Below, piece by piece: positions 11,150-24,630 of a stretch of DNA of 64,000 nt. The notes under the pieces are model-generated. The model made no database searches and was not told the origin of the DNA. It was given only the letters and a program-made list of their open reading frames with translations. This stretch comes from Isurus oxyrinchus. Lineage: Eukaryota. Numbering within the stretch: the stretch's first letter is position 1; each line of letters starts with the position of its first letter. A program made the translations under genes and the position numbers. The DNA is taken from NCBI GenBank assembly GCA_026770705.1, contig JANJGN010000013.1:58714001-58778000 (forward strand), given 5' to 3'.

Positions 11150-12500
11150 TGGGATGTTTTTGGGTAAAATGCTGAGCCACAGGCTGTCCTCTGACCGTGC
11201 ATTCCGCAATGCCGCCACTTAACTTTTGATCCAGCGCTTGCAGCAGAATGACTTTTTGCCTCTAATGGCTAGTTCTCTGCATATCAAAATCCAGGCTTTC
11301 AACATTGACAGAGTTGTGTGGGCTGCAGCACGCTACAGTGATCTTCACTACCGGCTCTCGGGTGTATTGGGGGACACCGTCAAACTTGTTCATGCACCAG
11401 AAGTGACTTCTCAGCACGCTATTGGTTCTCGCAACAACCTGCCTGAATTTTTTTTTGGAAAAATATACGTTATTCATCAAATATCTGAAAGAACGTTGCA
11501 AGACATTTTAAATGGTTGTCACAAAGTTGCAATCAGGCTCATCTTTTACACATGGATCACGAGGTGCTTCAATGCAATCAATGAATTTTACAGTCATTTC
11601 AATATGGTATTCCAGGCAATCAGAAAGTGCAATGATATTGGAGTTATCGACATACGTTCTGTTGCACTCTGAGGTGCTTCAATACAATTATAATACATTT
11701 AGCATTCACTGCCTGCATTCATTTTGAGTCGTACAACCAAAGGTCCGTATACATTTCCCAACCCCTAGGTGCGCTATAACTGAAAAGTCTTAAACAGCGA
11801 CTTTTCCCCATTGCAACTTCGTGGCAGCTGCTTCAAGCTTTAGTGCGTCCCTCAGCAGGTAGCCCTGGGTCCTGGAATGTGCCAGTCTGCAACACTCGGT
11901 CAGAGACCATTCTTTGCACTGGAAGAGCAACAAGTTTAGGGCAAGCCAAAGAGCGTCACCGAGTTGATGACCTTCCAGCTACAGTTGATGTTTGTCTCGG
12001 TGTGTGTCCCCAAGAACAGCCCGTAGAGCACACAGTCCTGTGTCACTGCGCTGCTCGGGATCAACTTCGACAGAAACCACTGCATCTCTCTCCAAACCTT
12101 CTGTGCAAAAGCACATGCCATAAGGAGGTGAACAACGGTCTCTTCCACACCACAGCCACCTCGAGAGCAACGTGCAAAGGGGGTGAGACTCCAGGCGTGT
12201 AGAAAGGGTCTGACGGGGAGGGTCTGCCTCACCACCAGCCAAGCTACATCTTACTGCTTAGTGGAAAGTTCTGGCGATGAGGCATTCTGCCAAGTGACTT
12301 AGGCTGCCTGCTCAGGGAACCATCCGACAGGATCCACCATCTCCTTTTCGCCAAAACCTCTAGGGCGTTATATGCCGGGCACTGCCTGATGGACTTGCGG
12401 TCAAAGGTATCAACAACCTGCCTATTAGATACCTTGACCTGATATTGCAATCCTCCCGTTTCTGTCTGTGTGTGTGTTGCAAAAAAAAGCAGCAAGCGAC
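11150..12500 (-). mobile_element. Degenerate Harbinger transposase C-terminus, interrupted by the Tx1 element
   Basis: RQVVARTNSVLRSHFWCMNKFDGVPQYTREPVVKITVACCSPHN resembles the HARBI1-type motif ERTFGxLKxRFRCL...IxACCxLHN. An uninterrupted paralog lies at ~28960-29370. Confidence 0.7.
11445..12410 (-). mobile_element. Tx1/L1-clade LINE, 3' fragment
   Basis: C-terminal zinc-knuckle region (GCGVEETVVHLLMACAFAQKVW), 3' UTR and an A9 tail (11448-11456), with a 13-bp TSD CAACAACCTGCCT (11432-11444 / 12411-12423). Confidence 0.85.
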
Positions 12501-12514
12501 AAACTTTAAACTAA

Positions 12515-12652
12515 GATAAAAACAAAGAAAACTGCGGATGCTGGAAATCCAAAACAAAAACAGAATTACCTGGAAAAACTCAGCAGGTCTGGCAGCATCG
12601 GCGGAGAAGAAAAGAGTTGACGTTTCGAGTCCTCATGACCCTTCGACAGAAC
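12515..12652 (-). mobile_element. Short Penelope pLTR insertion
   Basis: Runs from the hammerhead 5' boundary to the pLTR end; short AACTAA duplication; empty site at ~43740. Confidence 0.85.
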
Positions 12653-13046
12653 TAATATGCATATTATTCCCATTAATCCTAAGCATGCACATCTTGTAAC
12701 TACTACAGTGCTGCAATGCTCAGAACTGGGCCTAGGCGATTCATATTCTATATTTATGGCTTAAACGCATAGACCGAGGCTAAAGTAAGTTTGCCGATGA
12801 TACAACGCTAGATTGGAATGTAAGCAATGAGGAGGAGAGCACAAAGATGCTGCAAAGACATATAGAGAGATTTAGAGTGGACAACAAAATGGCAGATGGA
12901 ATATGGTAGTAAGAATAGGGAAGCAGAATATTTATAAAAGCATGAAAATTCTGAATGAAGGATTTCAGTGGATAGGATCAGCTGCTGGAAACGCACCGGG
13001 ATTGGATTCCTCAAATCTAATCTCAAAATATTCAACTACTGTTGGA

Positions 13047-14340
13047 TCAAATTAAAAATGCGCAAATGTTTGTCATTTTCTGCACAGATGGGGTCATTCG
13101 CTCGTTCAAAAAACATTCTTTCCTACTCCCTAAACTGTCAAAATTACTAAATTGGACCTGACATGCCTCCTGTGTTAGATGATTCCCTGGAACTTGTGTT
13201 TCCATATTAGCAGATCCCTCATCACTTGTCGCTTTGGACTCCTGTGTCACAATTTCTTCAACTGTACCCACAGCATCAGCTTCACGCAGTCTCTCTCAGA
13301 TGTCGTGATCCGACTATCACAGATTTCCCTTTCTTCAACAGCCTGAATGTGAACAAAGGAGTCACGGCACCCCCACACCTGCCACAGACACCGATTGTGC
13401 ACCCTGCTCCTTCATTGGATGATACTGATCTTCCTCCTCCATCACAGTTTCAATATCGCCCTCCTCAGAAACTCTCAGTGCTGTTCCTTCAGCAGCACCG
13501 CTTTCCGTACATTCAGCTGCTGCCATTGACTCACAGGCATCACTAACTAATGTGTCCAAGGACACCTATGAATCTGTCAGAGGAAAATATTTGCTATTAT
13601 TTGTCGCATGAAATAAACTTCCCTGCTCATACATGGTTTAAACATTCAGTTAATGACATCTCTTTTGTGCATTCCAGCATTAGAATGAGCCCTAGTTAGT
13701 CTAGGGTTAGTGATCCTCAACAGTTACCTGCTGAAATCCTCAGTGTTCAGTGAGATCATTTAGGAAAGTACCATCACCCCCAGGAGAAGCAGCGCTTCTC
13801 TCGTGTGAAAAATGCAAAATGAAGATCTTGGTTTCTCGCTATTTCGTCTTATGACACACTTTACAATTACTGGAGACAGTTTTAATAATACTAACAACAA
13901 ACTGAAGAGTGCACTCTGTGAGGATGAAGACTAAGCATAATCGTTGATGGCAAGGCCAGCACTATCTCCAAGCAATTGAATTTTATGACACTTTATTAAA
14001 TGAGGAACCATCCTCACCTCATAATCTTTTAAACTTTCAACTTTTAAATCAAGATATAAATTTAAAAATGAATAGCATGCATTCATCTACATTTCCTGAC
14101 AGAATGACCAAGTCATGGAATTTCTTTTATGGCAATGTTGTCCCGTGCATGACACTATTTGCAGTCACTGCCTGTGCTACTTACTTCCAGGCTAAGGTTC
14201 TGATTTTCCTTGGCAGATTTCAAATGTGCATTACCGATGATGCGGGAATGTCTCGTTTCAATTTCACTGAGAAGAATTTTGAGGTCTGCGCCCGTGAAAT
14301 TATGACACCTTTTTTTCTCATTCACATCCTGCACTGTCAC
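13047..14340 (-). mobile_element. Degenerate Myb/SANT-like (Harbinger ORF2-type) remnant
   Basis: KKRCHNFTGADLKILLSEIETRHSRIIG is typical of the N-terminus of Harbinger Myb/trihelix proteins; acidic low-complexity ORFs follow. Paralog at ~44170-45454. Confidence 0.55.
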
Positions 14341-15099
14341 ATTCTACAATCAAATAAGTGGCTCCGTTCTACTAGGCTAAGGTAACAATACTTTAAATTG
14401 CACCTTCCCATTTATTACAATGTAAATACTTCCCTCATTCAATTCAACATTTCTCGGCGTCTTCTAACAGTAAATTAAACAAACTCATTAAGGTAAATCA
14501 AAGGTTTCTTTAAAAATTGACAATTGTTTTGAAAAATGATTAAGAATTTTAGAAAATACTCAGCAGAAGACTGAAATGTTCCTGGATCTCAAGAGACGGT
14601 CCTTCACTGATAACTTAAAACGGAGCGTGGCCCTGGCGATTCTGCGCCTCGCCTGCCTCCATGGAAAACTGAATGCTCCTGCAGGGAGAGGATGAATCTA
14701 AACCTCTAGTGGAGAAAGCTAAGGCAGCGACTTTAATCATGGTCAGCGGCTTGAGAGCCTCGTCGCTGACCGGACGCTCTTGGTCAATATAAAATAAACT
14801 CCAGATGTACAGTGCAGTTACATCATCAAGCAGCGTAAGGAGCCAGTTACAATACAGTATTCTCACAGACAGTAAATTAAGAAGCACAAACCAATGAACT
14901 TCACTTTTAAAGTCACATTTAACAGCTAGCGAAATAAATGATTACGTGATATACATGGGGTTACGATAAAAGATAAATATCAAACAAACGTTAAAAAAAA
15001 GTTCGAAATGACGTGGATGTTTTCATGGGGACAGTTCACATTCAAAAATATTACTATTTCAGGGCAGTGAATCTGTTTAATAATAATGATGGATTTGTC

Positions 15100-16560
15100 C
15101 GCCGTTAAAAATACAGTAAAGCAGCATTCAAGTAGCAGTAACCAAGGGTTTGTGCAGTGAGGCCATTGGTGCAACAGTGGAAGTTCTTGTCAGTTCAATA
15201 ATTTCGAACTGATTGCTCTCTGTGGGGATCTCATCAGCACAGGCTGCAGACAAGCTAAAATAACAGTAGCAATTTCTGACTTGCCACATGGATGTGTGCA
15301 CTCTAGCAGTTACTATCAATTTCAGAGTAATAGCATCGAAGCCGAATCTTTCGCTTCCTTGGATTGTGTGCATCTGGTAAGTATTCCTCTATGAAAATTG
15401 TTGGACTTACAGAAGCACTTGAAACGCCTAATCTTCCTGCACTGGAAACACTCTGCGCCCCCTGCTGGACAACATAGGTGCCTGTGCTTTTTGTTGGAAC
15501 TGCAGCGCAAACATCTCCAAATGATTGCTGTAAGGTTTCCCGCCCTGACGCCCGTTTCGGCGAGCTTCTGATCGGTATGCCCGCCACCCTTGGGCTTACG
15601 CAGTTAGCAGAGTCATCTAGAGCCGCTGTGTTGCCATGCATTTATCTATCAGACTTCGTCGTATTGAACTGTTTAATCCAGAATGGGGGTCGTCATTGCT
15701 CTGTAAGAAATCCAAATCCCTTTCATCATGGACTCCAACGTCAGCGGGGTCACGGATAAGTTAATCTTTCAAGAGTGCAGATGAGTGTAGGTGATGTAGG
15801 TCAGTGTGAAATAATTCAGCGGATTCCCTGGGTCTTTGGGATTTTTGATTCAAATGCTCTTGCTTAATCAAAAGGTTTTGTTACAGGTTAAAATACATGT
15901 CGAAGGTTTTAAGGGCGGCCTTGAATCTGCCGAGACCTCTTCCACCCCCTATCTCGAGGGCATCATTGGTGACTGGTCCTATGGTGCAATGGAATGAACT
16001 AACCTGGTGCTTCTGCTCTTTTTCGTGAAGGCTAAATGCTGCTCGATATCAGAGGAAGGGTTTCTTCAACAACTCGCACTTTTGGCCTTTGCCCGGACTT
16101 CGAGACGTTCGATCGGGTGGCGTAGAGATAGTGATAATTTGCTGGGTATTGACTTCATTGCCTTTTTGCAGTTTGCCTCCTTCTTCCGTTCATTGATTCT
16201 GCCTTCCACGGGTTTTCTTGCAATTTCTCGTTGTGGTCCTGCCGAAGACATCAATCCTTCTTTAGACTGGTGTCACAACCATTGCTACCATTTTTCACCT
16301 TCTGGTGGCGTGTTGCAGGGTTCTGGTTTGTGTGGCCTACCTTATCTAGAGAGATTGCTGTTTTACACTGGCAGTAAAATCAAACCGGTTTATTAACACC
16401 ATATGTGAGATAGGTTACAGAGGCAGAGTGTCTCCTATGAGTGCAAACTATTCCATCCTCTCTCCCGAATGTCAAACACATGACTGCTGTTGTCACTGTT
16501 ACATCATGGACTACATCACTCATTAACAACTATTCTATTCACCCTTTACATTGCATTATC
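15100..16560 (-). mobile_element. Possible Ty3/Gypsy remnant (LTR, PBS and gag)
   Basis: AATAAA at ~16390, then TGGTAGCAATGGTT (16277-16290), which is the tRNA-iMet PBS TGGTAGCAGAGGATGGTT lacking 4 nt. Gag-like peptides LDFLQSND..WIKQF and, in the paralog, PKNIYQMRTIQEGERVDF. Confidence 0.45.
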
Positions 16561-16823
16561 TGTACGTGGGCTTGCATTCCTACTTTGGTTTCACAGCTGT
16601 TCGGTAACTATTTACACTTGTTTGTGGCGTTTTTCCTTTAATGAAAATGGAATACCAAATGCGTTCCGGTATCTAGGCTTAAGAGAAGGAATGTTGTTCC
16701 ATTACAATGGAATAAATCTGGATACAGTTTAGGAATCTACTCAGAGTGGTGTCTATTGCCTAACATTGAAATGGCAATTTCCAAGTGTTTTTTTTTTCTG
16801 CAATTGAGTTGAAATTAACACTT

Positions 16824-19800
16824 GGCCAGAATTTGTTGTCTCGGGGCAGGCGCGCGCCCGTCCCAATGGACGTGAAACAGTGTGAGATGACAACGGGCGA
16901 GCATCCTGACGTCACCTCGTACGCGAGCAATCTTCAGGTCGGTGGGCCACACCCCAACAGTTAAAGGGCCATTTAAGGCCATTAAAATAGGATTTGATTC
17001 TGATTATCCAGTGCCAGGTGATTTCATACTCATCGCATGGGTAAAACGGGCAGGCGAGCTGCCCACTTTTAATGAAATCTCATCCAAGGGCAGGATAAAA
17101 AGGATCAGCAATATTGCCATTAGGAGTAGTGAGGAGTTAAACGGGAGGATTTTTCCCTTGTCGGACGAGCTTGGCAGTGTTGTGCAGGAGTAGACGGTCA
17201 GACTGGACCTAAGCGCGATTTCACGCTGGCGGGCCAATTAAGGATCGCCCATCACGAATCGCACTTGGCAGTGCTCAGCACTGTCTGTACGGGGAGAGGA
17301 GGAAGGCGAGCGCACCGGTGCGCGCTGGAAAAGCTCCCTGAGGGGAGATAAACATTATTAACAATAAAAAATAAAGAGTTATGAAATGTTATAAAACATG
17401 ACCCCTTGTGTGAGTCTGTCACATGAGCAGGGATATGTTACTAATGAAATTTTAAAATTTTTATTTTATTCTTATTTGCTGTTGGAAAACTCATCCCATC
17501 CGTGGATGTGGTTTCCTAAAAAAAATGCTTGGCCTGTTCGGCTGCCCGTCCACCGTAACGATGGACGGGCAGCGAACAATATCTTTAAATTACCATCTAC
17601 ATGGCCTTGATTGGGCTTTTAATCGTCGCAGGCGTGCGCCAGAGTCGGCAGAGCACTCGCCAACTGAAATATCGTGCGAGTGCACAATGACGTGTGTTGG
17701 TCGCCCAACTTCATCGCGCATCATTTACACTTTGCCTGGTCGAGCACGCACCCACCTGCCTGGCTAAAAGCTCTCCCCCTAGGCAATGGTTTGCCATTGG
17801 TTGCTTATTTGGACTTGACAGCTCCATCTCTGTTCTGAGTTTCATTCTTAGCACTTCTAGGCTTAATTTCAGGACTCATTAGCGTCTCCACGGCCCCCCA
17901 GAGTATTTTGGCCATGTCGACCCCTCCAGGCACCAGACAGCCTTCTGTAACTCTGGTAATGGGGATTGTGGTCTCCGCTGGTGGCATCTCCTATGAGGAG
18001 GAAGAGAGTAGCAGAAGGGAGAGGATGTCATGTGTCCCAGCGTAGCTTCCAGGTGAACTTCCTGTTGGAGGAGAGGCACAGACACAAGGGCTGCAGTGCC
18101 AGCTGCCAGTACAAGGTGGAAAGGGCTGCAGAATTGCCACTATCCTACTGCCAGGGTTTACAGACAGTAATGCAGCTACTGGAGCTGCAATGGCGAAAAA
18201 GGCGCCACCTCTCCAGGGAGACTGTGCCTCCATTTATCAAGTGATTGAGCATGAGATCAGCTCCAACTGTGTGGGTGGATACCCCATGCCAGTGGCTCTG
18301 TAGGCCACAGTGATCCTCAACTTCTATGCCTCTGGCTCGTTCCAGAGGTCAGTGGAGAATCTTTGTGGAGTGTCCCATTCAGCTATCCACAACTGTGTCA
18401 AATTGGGGCAGGATTTTGCCCTTGGTGGCGTGCTCAGAGGGGATGGTTGGAAACCTCGTCACTGCCCGCGATTGGCTTTGCACTGTGATTTTATGCGGTC
18501 AGGCCAATTAAGGCCTGCCTAGCGTATGACATGAGTGCAGAACATGCGCGATGGACAGACCAGGGTGGGCGCTCAGTGTCCACCAGGTCTAACAGAGACC
18601 CGGCAGCCAATTCAGAAGGGGCCGCAGCAGCCCTTGGAAGGCTGCCAGCGGAAGATGTTGATCTCGGCATGGACAGCGTAGCGGGTAGACACGGCAGGCA
18701 AGAGGGCAGTTCAGCTTTTTCATTGCTTTTCTTGATGAATGCCTCGCTGCCAACCTGGAGGATGTGGCAGTGGGGTGAGAAACCCTTGCCCCAGGGACGG
18801 GAGGAGGAGGTCCCCTCACCTCATCAATAAGGTCTGGGAGGAGATGGCATCCAGTGTCAGCAGCCACAATGTGGTGAGGCGCACATGGGTGAAATGCCGG
18901 AAGAACTTCAATAATCTCCTGTGATCAGGAAGGACAACTACCATGTTGGCATGGGCCACATTCCAGAGCAGATAAGAGCTGCCCAACCCCACCCTGCGGC
19001 ACCCCCTTCGACCTCAGAGGTATTCGAGTGTGAATGGCAAATGTTAATAAGGCAGCATGTGGGCAAGGGCTGAGCCCTGACAGCTTGGACTGAGTATCTT
19101 GGGGCTCCAGTGTCATGAATCAGCTGAACACTTCAAGACACTCCTCAGGTGGGGCTGGTCAGGCTGCAATGGCAATGCAGGTAGACTGATCAATGCTGCT
19201 CTATCCTTTCAGGAGAAAACATCCCATAACAATGCAGAGATGTCTGCCCCACCTATTCATCCTTACCCTGTATGAGCAGGAGGTCCCGAGCTGGAGCTGC
19301 AGAGCCAACATGCGCCTAGGTCAGCCGGCCGCAGTAAGGTTGGGGTGCCAAAGGGAGGTAACAGTGCAATGCACTGAGGTCAAAATGTCTGTAATTGCAA
19401 CCATTCCAATGTCATCTCTATATTGATGTGAGACTTGAACCTGGAACCCCATTGATAATTGAAAGACAAGAGCACTCTGATGCATATCCCTGTCTCATCC
19501 AGGTGCCAGACATGCACAGTAACAGTGTAATGACTTCAACTAACGTTATGTCCTAGTCCTTAATTTCAGGCTCACCAGCAGCCCATCAGGATGAGGGGCC
19601 GGAAGGCCTACCCCTAACCCCTGAGGACAACACACATTATAACACACATGCATCACACCCTCTCAACCAAGCAGGTACCAGTACAGATCCCAGCACCTCA
19701 GTGGGCATTAGATCGCCAGCTACTCTCTCGGTGCACATTGGTGAGGGCACATCACACTCACTTGAGGTACGAGGGGAGCAGGGAGTGCCCAGGGCACCGG

Positions 19801-22800
19801 CAGTTGGAAGGCTGCTGGGGACAGGGCAATGCTCAGCTGGTGGCTAATGATGTGCCTCTGGAGTCATCCATGCAGCAGCAGATGTTGGAGATCCAGTACG
19901 GTGTGTGGGAGGATCTGGTGGAGATACGTGAGAGAATGTGTGCCATGGTCTCCATTGCAGAGGACACCTTGTGGAGCATGAGCAATGCACTGACCAACAT
20001 GGCTGAGCACAATGCCTCCTCCATGAAGAGAGTGGTTACTCTCATAGGGAGGCTCCACCTGGAGCTGAATCAGGCATTCCTGCGGATGAGCTCAGATCTG
20101 CAAGCTCTCACACTGGCAATGACCTCAAGTGGTCACTCAGTCTGGGAGATGGATTGGGCACCCAGGTGCCAGCTAGGTGCCCGTCCATCAATGGTGAGCA
20201 GGGAGGTCCAGAGCAACATCACCTTGACACACTAGCTGCCTGTCGTCTCTGCGGGCTCTTCTCAGGGCAGTCCAGATGAGGGCAACAGCACCTCTGGCCC
20301 TCTGCCAGTGACCATGGCATCTGATGAGGCTGCAGCATTTGTCAGAGATGCCAGCCATGCCACTGTCCGTTCCCTCCCAGCCAGGGCCAGCACAGGCTCC
20401 AAGGCCAGAAGATGCCTGCCAAAGTCATCAAGGCCAACAAGACAGCAGAGTGAGCAGGCTGCCTCCAATACCGGTGCCAGTAAGGGTGGGAGGTGGGGGG
20501 TGAGCACTTAGTCATAGCACCCGCAAGTGCAAACTTAAAGCAGCAACTTAAAGCACCTTAATCACAACATGTCCTGATCATGGAAGATATTTGCTTCCCC
20601 CACTTTTATGCTCATTGTTTATTGGTGTGATGGATAACATCTGTCAATGTTAATTTGTAGAATGTATGCCAGACACCATTTCATTAAATGTGTTTTTGTA
20701 CAACAAGCCTCTGGGTGCTTCATTTGCTCTGTAGGTGCAGGGTAAGCCATGATATTATGATTGCCTTGTTTCTCATTAAAATTTATTGAAATAGCACTAG
20801 TGTATGTTGTTGACCAAGGAAATGCTCCTATCGGGGACACGTATGGAGCCTGCGGTCCTGGCATGTGGTGGTGGCTCTTATTTGGTCAGCTAGCTGAAGG
20901 AGCATTAGATCAAAGTGCCCTGGTGTTCCTGCCTCCCTGGAGGTTACACAGTTCAGCGTCTATCCTCTCAGCATTCTCCTCAGTGTGCTCGTCCTCGGAC
21001 TCACCACTGGACTCGTCAGCAGTTGTCTGTGCAGCTACGTCAAGATCTTCTTCCTCCACTGCATCTCCCCTTGCCAGTCCCAAAATGTGGCGAACGCAGC
21101 ATGCAGCCACTATCAGTGACACACGCGCTGGTCCTACAATTCATCATGTATTTCTGTGCATTGTTTGTCTGCCCAAGGGCATCACCTCACACGTATCCAC
21201 ATTGCATTCCATTCAGCATTCATCAACCCATCTGACCAGCCCGCCTATATCAGCCTGTAATGCGAGTCTATCCTCCTTACTATCTGCCACCAATGTTCGT
21301 GTCCATTGTTTCTGGAATGTTGAGCACATAATGAGCTGGGGGAAAGGGATGAAGTATGTCACCATGTGCACGCTAACTGACCCACTGTCCTTGTTGTTTA
21401 TTTCAGCAACATCACAGCATGTCCGGCAGGAGGAGCTGCAGATGCCCCTTCTCGCACCTGAGGACCCCCTCATGTGTCACCTGCGTCACACTATTTCCAT
21501 GAGGTAGGCACCTGCGCAGATGAGGACACTTCGGTGGGCATTGGATCATCGGCTAGTGTCCCAGGCACAGTGGAGCGGGCATGTCACCTTCGTTGGAGGA
21601 GCTGGCAGAGAGAGAGAGTGCTGATGACACCAGCAGTCAGAGGACTGCAAGGAACCAGGCACATGCTGAGTTGGGGTGTGATGATGTGCCTCTGGAGTTG
21701 TCTGCGATGCAGCTGCTGCAGGAAATGTGGCCCGGTGTGTGCGAGCATCTGGGAGTGACACATCAGGCTGGGCTTCACTTTATGCCCATAGTGGAGGAGT
21801 CCATGCAGAGCCTGATGCAATGAGCCTCATAGCAAAGCGCCATGCATCCTCCATGGAGAGAGTGGTGAATCTCTTGGAGAGGCGCCTCCAGGAGAACAAT
21901 CAGCTCCTCCTGGGGTTATGCTCGAACCTGCAAGACCCTACAGCACCAGTGGCCACAGTTGGTCAGTGCCTATGTGGGAGATGGTGTGGGCTTGAAGCTT
22001 CCCAGCTTGTTACCCATCCATCCACGGTGAACAGGGAGGTCCGAGGTGACCACATGTCTGCAGGCTCCTCTCACGGCGCTCCAGCTGAGGGCACCAGCTC
22101 CTCTGCCCCTCTCCCAGTGACTGCTTCATCGGGTGAGGCTGCGACGACTGGCGAAATGCCAGCTGTGCACCTGGCAGATCCCTCCCAGGCAGGCCCAGCA
22201 CTGGCTCCACAGGTCAAAGGATGACCGTCAAGGTAATCGAGGCCAACTGTCTCAGATGCCACTCTGAGCGATGGGGCAGCACCAGGACATAGCACCTGTA
22301 AACAAAAGCATAAGGCACCTTAGGCACACCACGGGTTGCTCACTGGTGCTTTTTTGTTGGCCCGTGATTAGGCCCTTGTAATTTATTTTTGCTTGCTTAA
22401 CATTTTGTTTTGGAATTGTGAAGACATCTGATGTTTAAAATAAAATTCAGATGTGCTACCATGGCTGAGGGCGGCTCATTTATTCGGCATGTGTTTGTTT
22501 AAGAGAAACGTCATGACTGTTTATTTGGACATTCAAGTTTATGTCCAAAACCCCTAATTCCTGCTGATGACCTGCCAGATTTAGCACTTAAGTGCCAAGT
22601 ATGGAAGTGCCAGGGAAGGCTGGTCCTGCTGATCCATTTGTGTTGAGCTAACTGAAGATTCATTGGATTAAAGCCTCCCGGGTGTCCCTGCCTCCTTAGT
22701 GTATCTCAGGTCAGCGTCTAGCCCCTCAGCATTCCCCTGTGCTTGCTCATCTCCAGCACCAGTGCTGGACTCATTGTGTGCAGCCACAGAAACTGCGGCA

Positions 22801-24110
22801 AAGTCTTCAGCGTCCACTGCATGCCCCCTTTCCAGCTCAAGATTGTAGAGAGTGCAGCATGCAACCACTATCACCGACACACGATCTGGGGGGGTATGGA
22901 GTGCACCCCCTGAGCGGTGCAGGCATCGGAAGTGCATCTTGAAAGACTGATGGTTCTCTCCGCCACAGCACTTGTGGAGGCATGGCTCCTATTTTACTGC
23001 TGCTCAACGTCTGATATTGGATGGCAGAGAGGCATCATGAACCACTTTCTGAGAGGATAGCCCTTGTTACCCAGCAGCCATCCATCAAACCGAGCTGGAG
23101 CACTGAAGAGTCCTGGCACCTGGGAGTGTCTGAGTATATAAATGTCGTGGGAGTTGCCTGGGTGCCTTGCACCAACTTGTAGTATCAGCATCCTCTGATT
23201 ACACACTATCTGCACGTTCATAAAGTGGAATCCCTTCCTGTTGATGAAGACACCGGGTTGACCTGTTGGCACCTTGATTGTCACGTGCATGCAGCCTATT
23301 GCACCCTGGATGCGGGGGGAGCCAGCAATGACCGTGAAGCCTCTGGTTTGTCTGGTTCCAGTGGAAGTGGATGAAGGTTAATGCACGCTTGATCAGAGCG
23401 CCTGTGACCTGCTTGCCATAAGTGTGGACAGCTGATTGGAGGACAACGCAAAGATCAACCACCGATCCCTGGAAAGAGCCAGAGGCATAGATGTTGAGGG
23501 CAGCTGTGATCTTCAGAGCCACTGGCATGGGGTGTCCATCCATACAGTTAGGGGAGATCTCAGGGCCAATTATCTGACAGATGTAGTTTTCTGTCTCCTT
23601 TAACAGCCGAGGCCTCCATCAGCACTGCACCTCAGACATATTGAGTTAGCTGCTTCGCCGCCTATATACTCTGGCAGCAAGATAGCGGCGTCTTCCGTGG
23701 CTCCTTCCATCTTGGACTACTTCTTGGTCCATCGCCCCTCCTGCCTGCGCCTGTACTCCCAAAGGTAGCTGCCCTGGAGGCTGACTGTGCACTCCTGGCC
23801 TTCTTTTCCTTCTAGCCCTCCCTTCCACCTCAGAGGAGCTGCCTCCAGTGGACATGTCTGAACCCATACTCAGGCTAAGGGGAGCCGTCCGGAAAGCTGC
23901 TAGCCCGCTAAAGATTACTGACTGTAGAGTGCTGACCTGAAGCTTTAAAATACACAGAAAGCTGCTGGAATTCGTTCTGAGCTACTGCTGATCAGAGAGG
24001 CAAGTTTAAAACACTTTCTCCGATAATTACTCCACAAAGCAGATTGACGACCCCACTGACCCATCTTATCCCGCTCGACGTCACCGAGCGTCCAACTGAA
24101 AATTCTGCCC
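16824..24110. mobile_element. Nest of PIF/Harbinger DNA transposons
   Basis: Plus-strand transposase N-terminus 17959-18404 (ILNFYASGSFQ); plus-strand Myb/SANT ~18670-20510 (KVWEEMASSVSSHNVVRRTWVKCRKNFNNLL); minus-strand transposase pieces 20880-21135 and 22650-23867 (FINRKGFH.MNVQIVC, WLLGNKGYPL, VACCTLYNL). TIR-like GGGCAG(G/A)ATTTT at 18406-18417 and 24099-24110; MITE-like piece 17143-17778. All are disrupted. Confidence 0.88.
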
Positions 24111-24308
24111 ATTGACGTTTCACTTCACCGGCAAATTTTTGGTGGAAGAACCTGTAAAAGTAACAAGCCTTACAAAGCAAAGATCCAACCGCAATGGCCA
24201 CTTGCTTGCATAACCGAAACACAATCAATTTCTGCCCTTTTCGTTACATGAAAGAAATGAATTGGATTGAACAAACATTCTCAGCTGGGTCAAGTACAGT
24301 TTCCGAAA

Positions 24309-24630
24309 TCACATACAGCTGGATCTTGATATGTTTGCTTGGAACGGGTTTGCCTGAGTCTCACGTTTAACCAGACAGGAGTAAAGCTCGTGTGAGTTCC
24401 ACTCTTGAGGCTGACAGGCCAGGTAACTGCTCACACTGAATGTGTTGTCCGTCTCCTGCTGGATCCGACTGGTCTCAACCCCATTGCCTCCACACTGCCA
24501 TCTACAGTCCATTCAATCTCCACAGCTCCCGGGATAAAACCGCTCACCAAACACACCAGGGCCGCCGTGTTCTTCATTGTGATTTGATCCGATGAAGGCG
24601 GAAGGACGGAGACCGATTCTTCCTGCGGAT
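24309..24630 (-). pseudogene. Ig lambda C exon C2, orphan (L-VJ deleted) and frameshifted
   Basis: [46 protein letters not shown], then a 1-nt deletion (~24491) and a compensated -1/+1 pair near 24405-24420; ends SRSSCM*. No V or leader upstream. Confidence 0.92.

Noticed and set aside
19648-20235. 195-aa ORF as a host gene
   Set aside because: It is a C-terminal exon of the Harbinger Myb/SANT gene, with a related copy at ~21410-22320, and the upstream part is disrupted.
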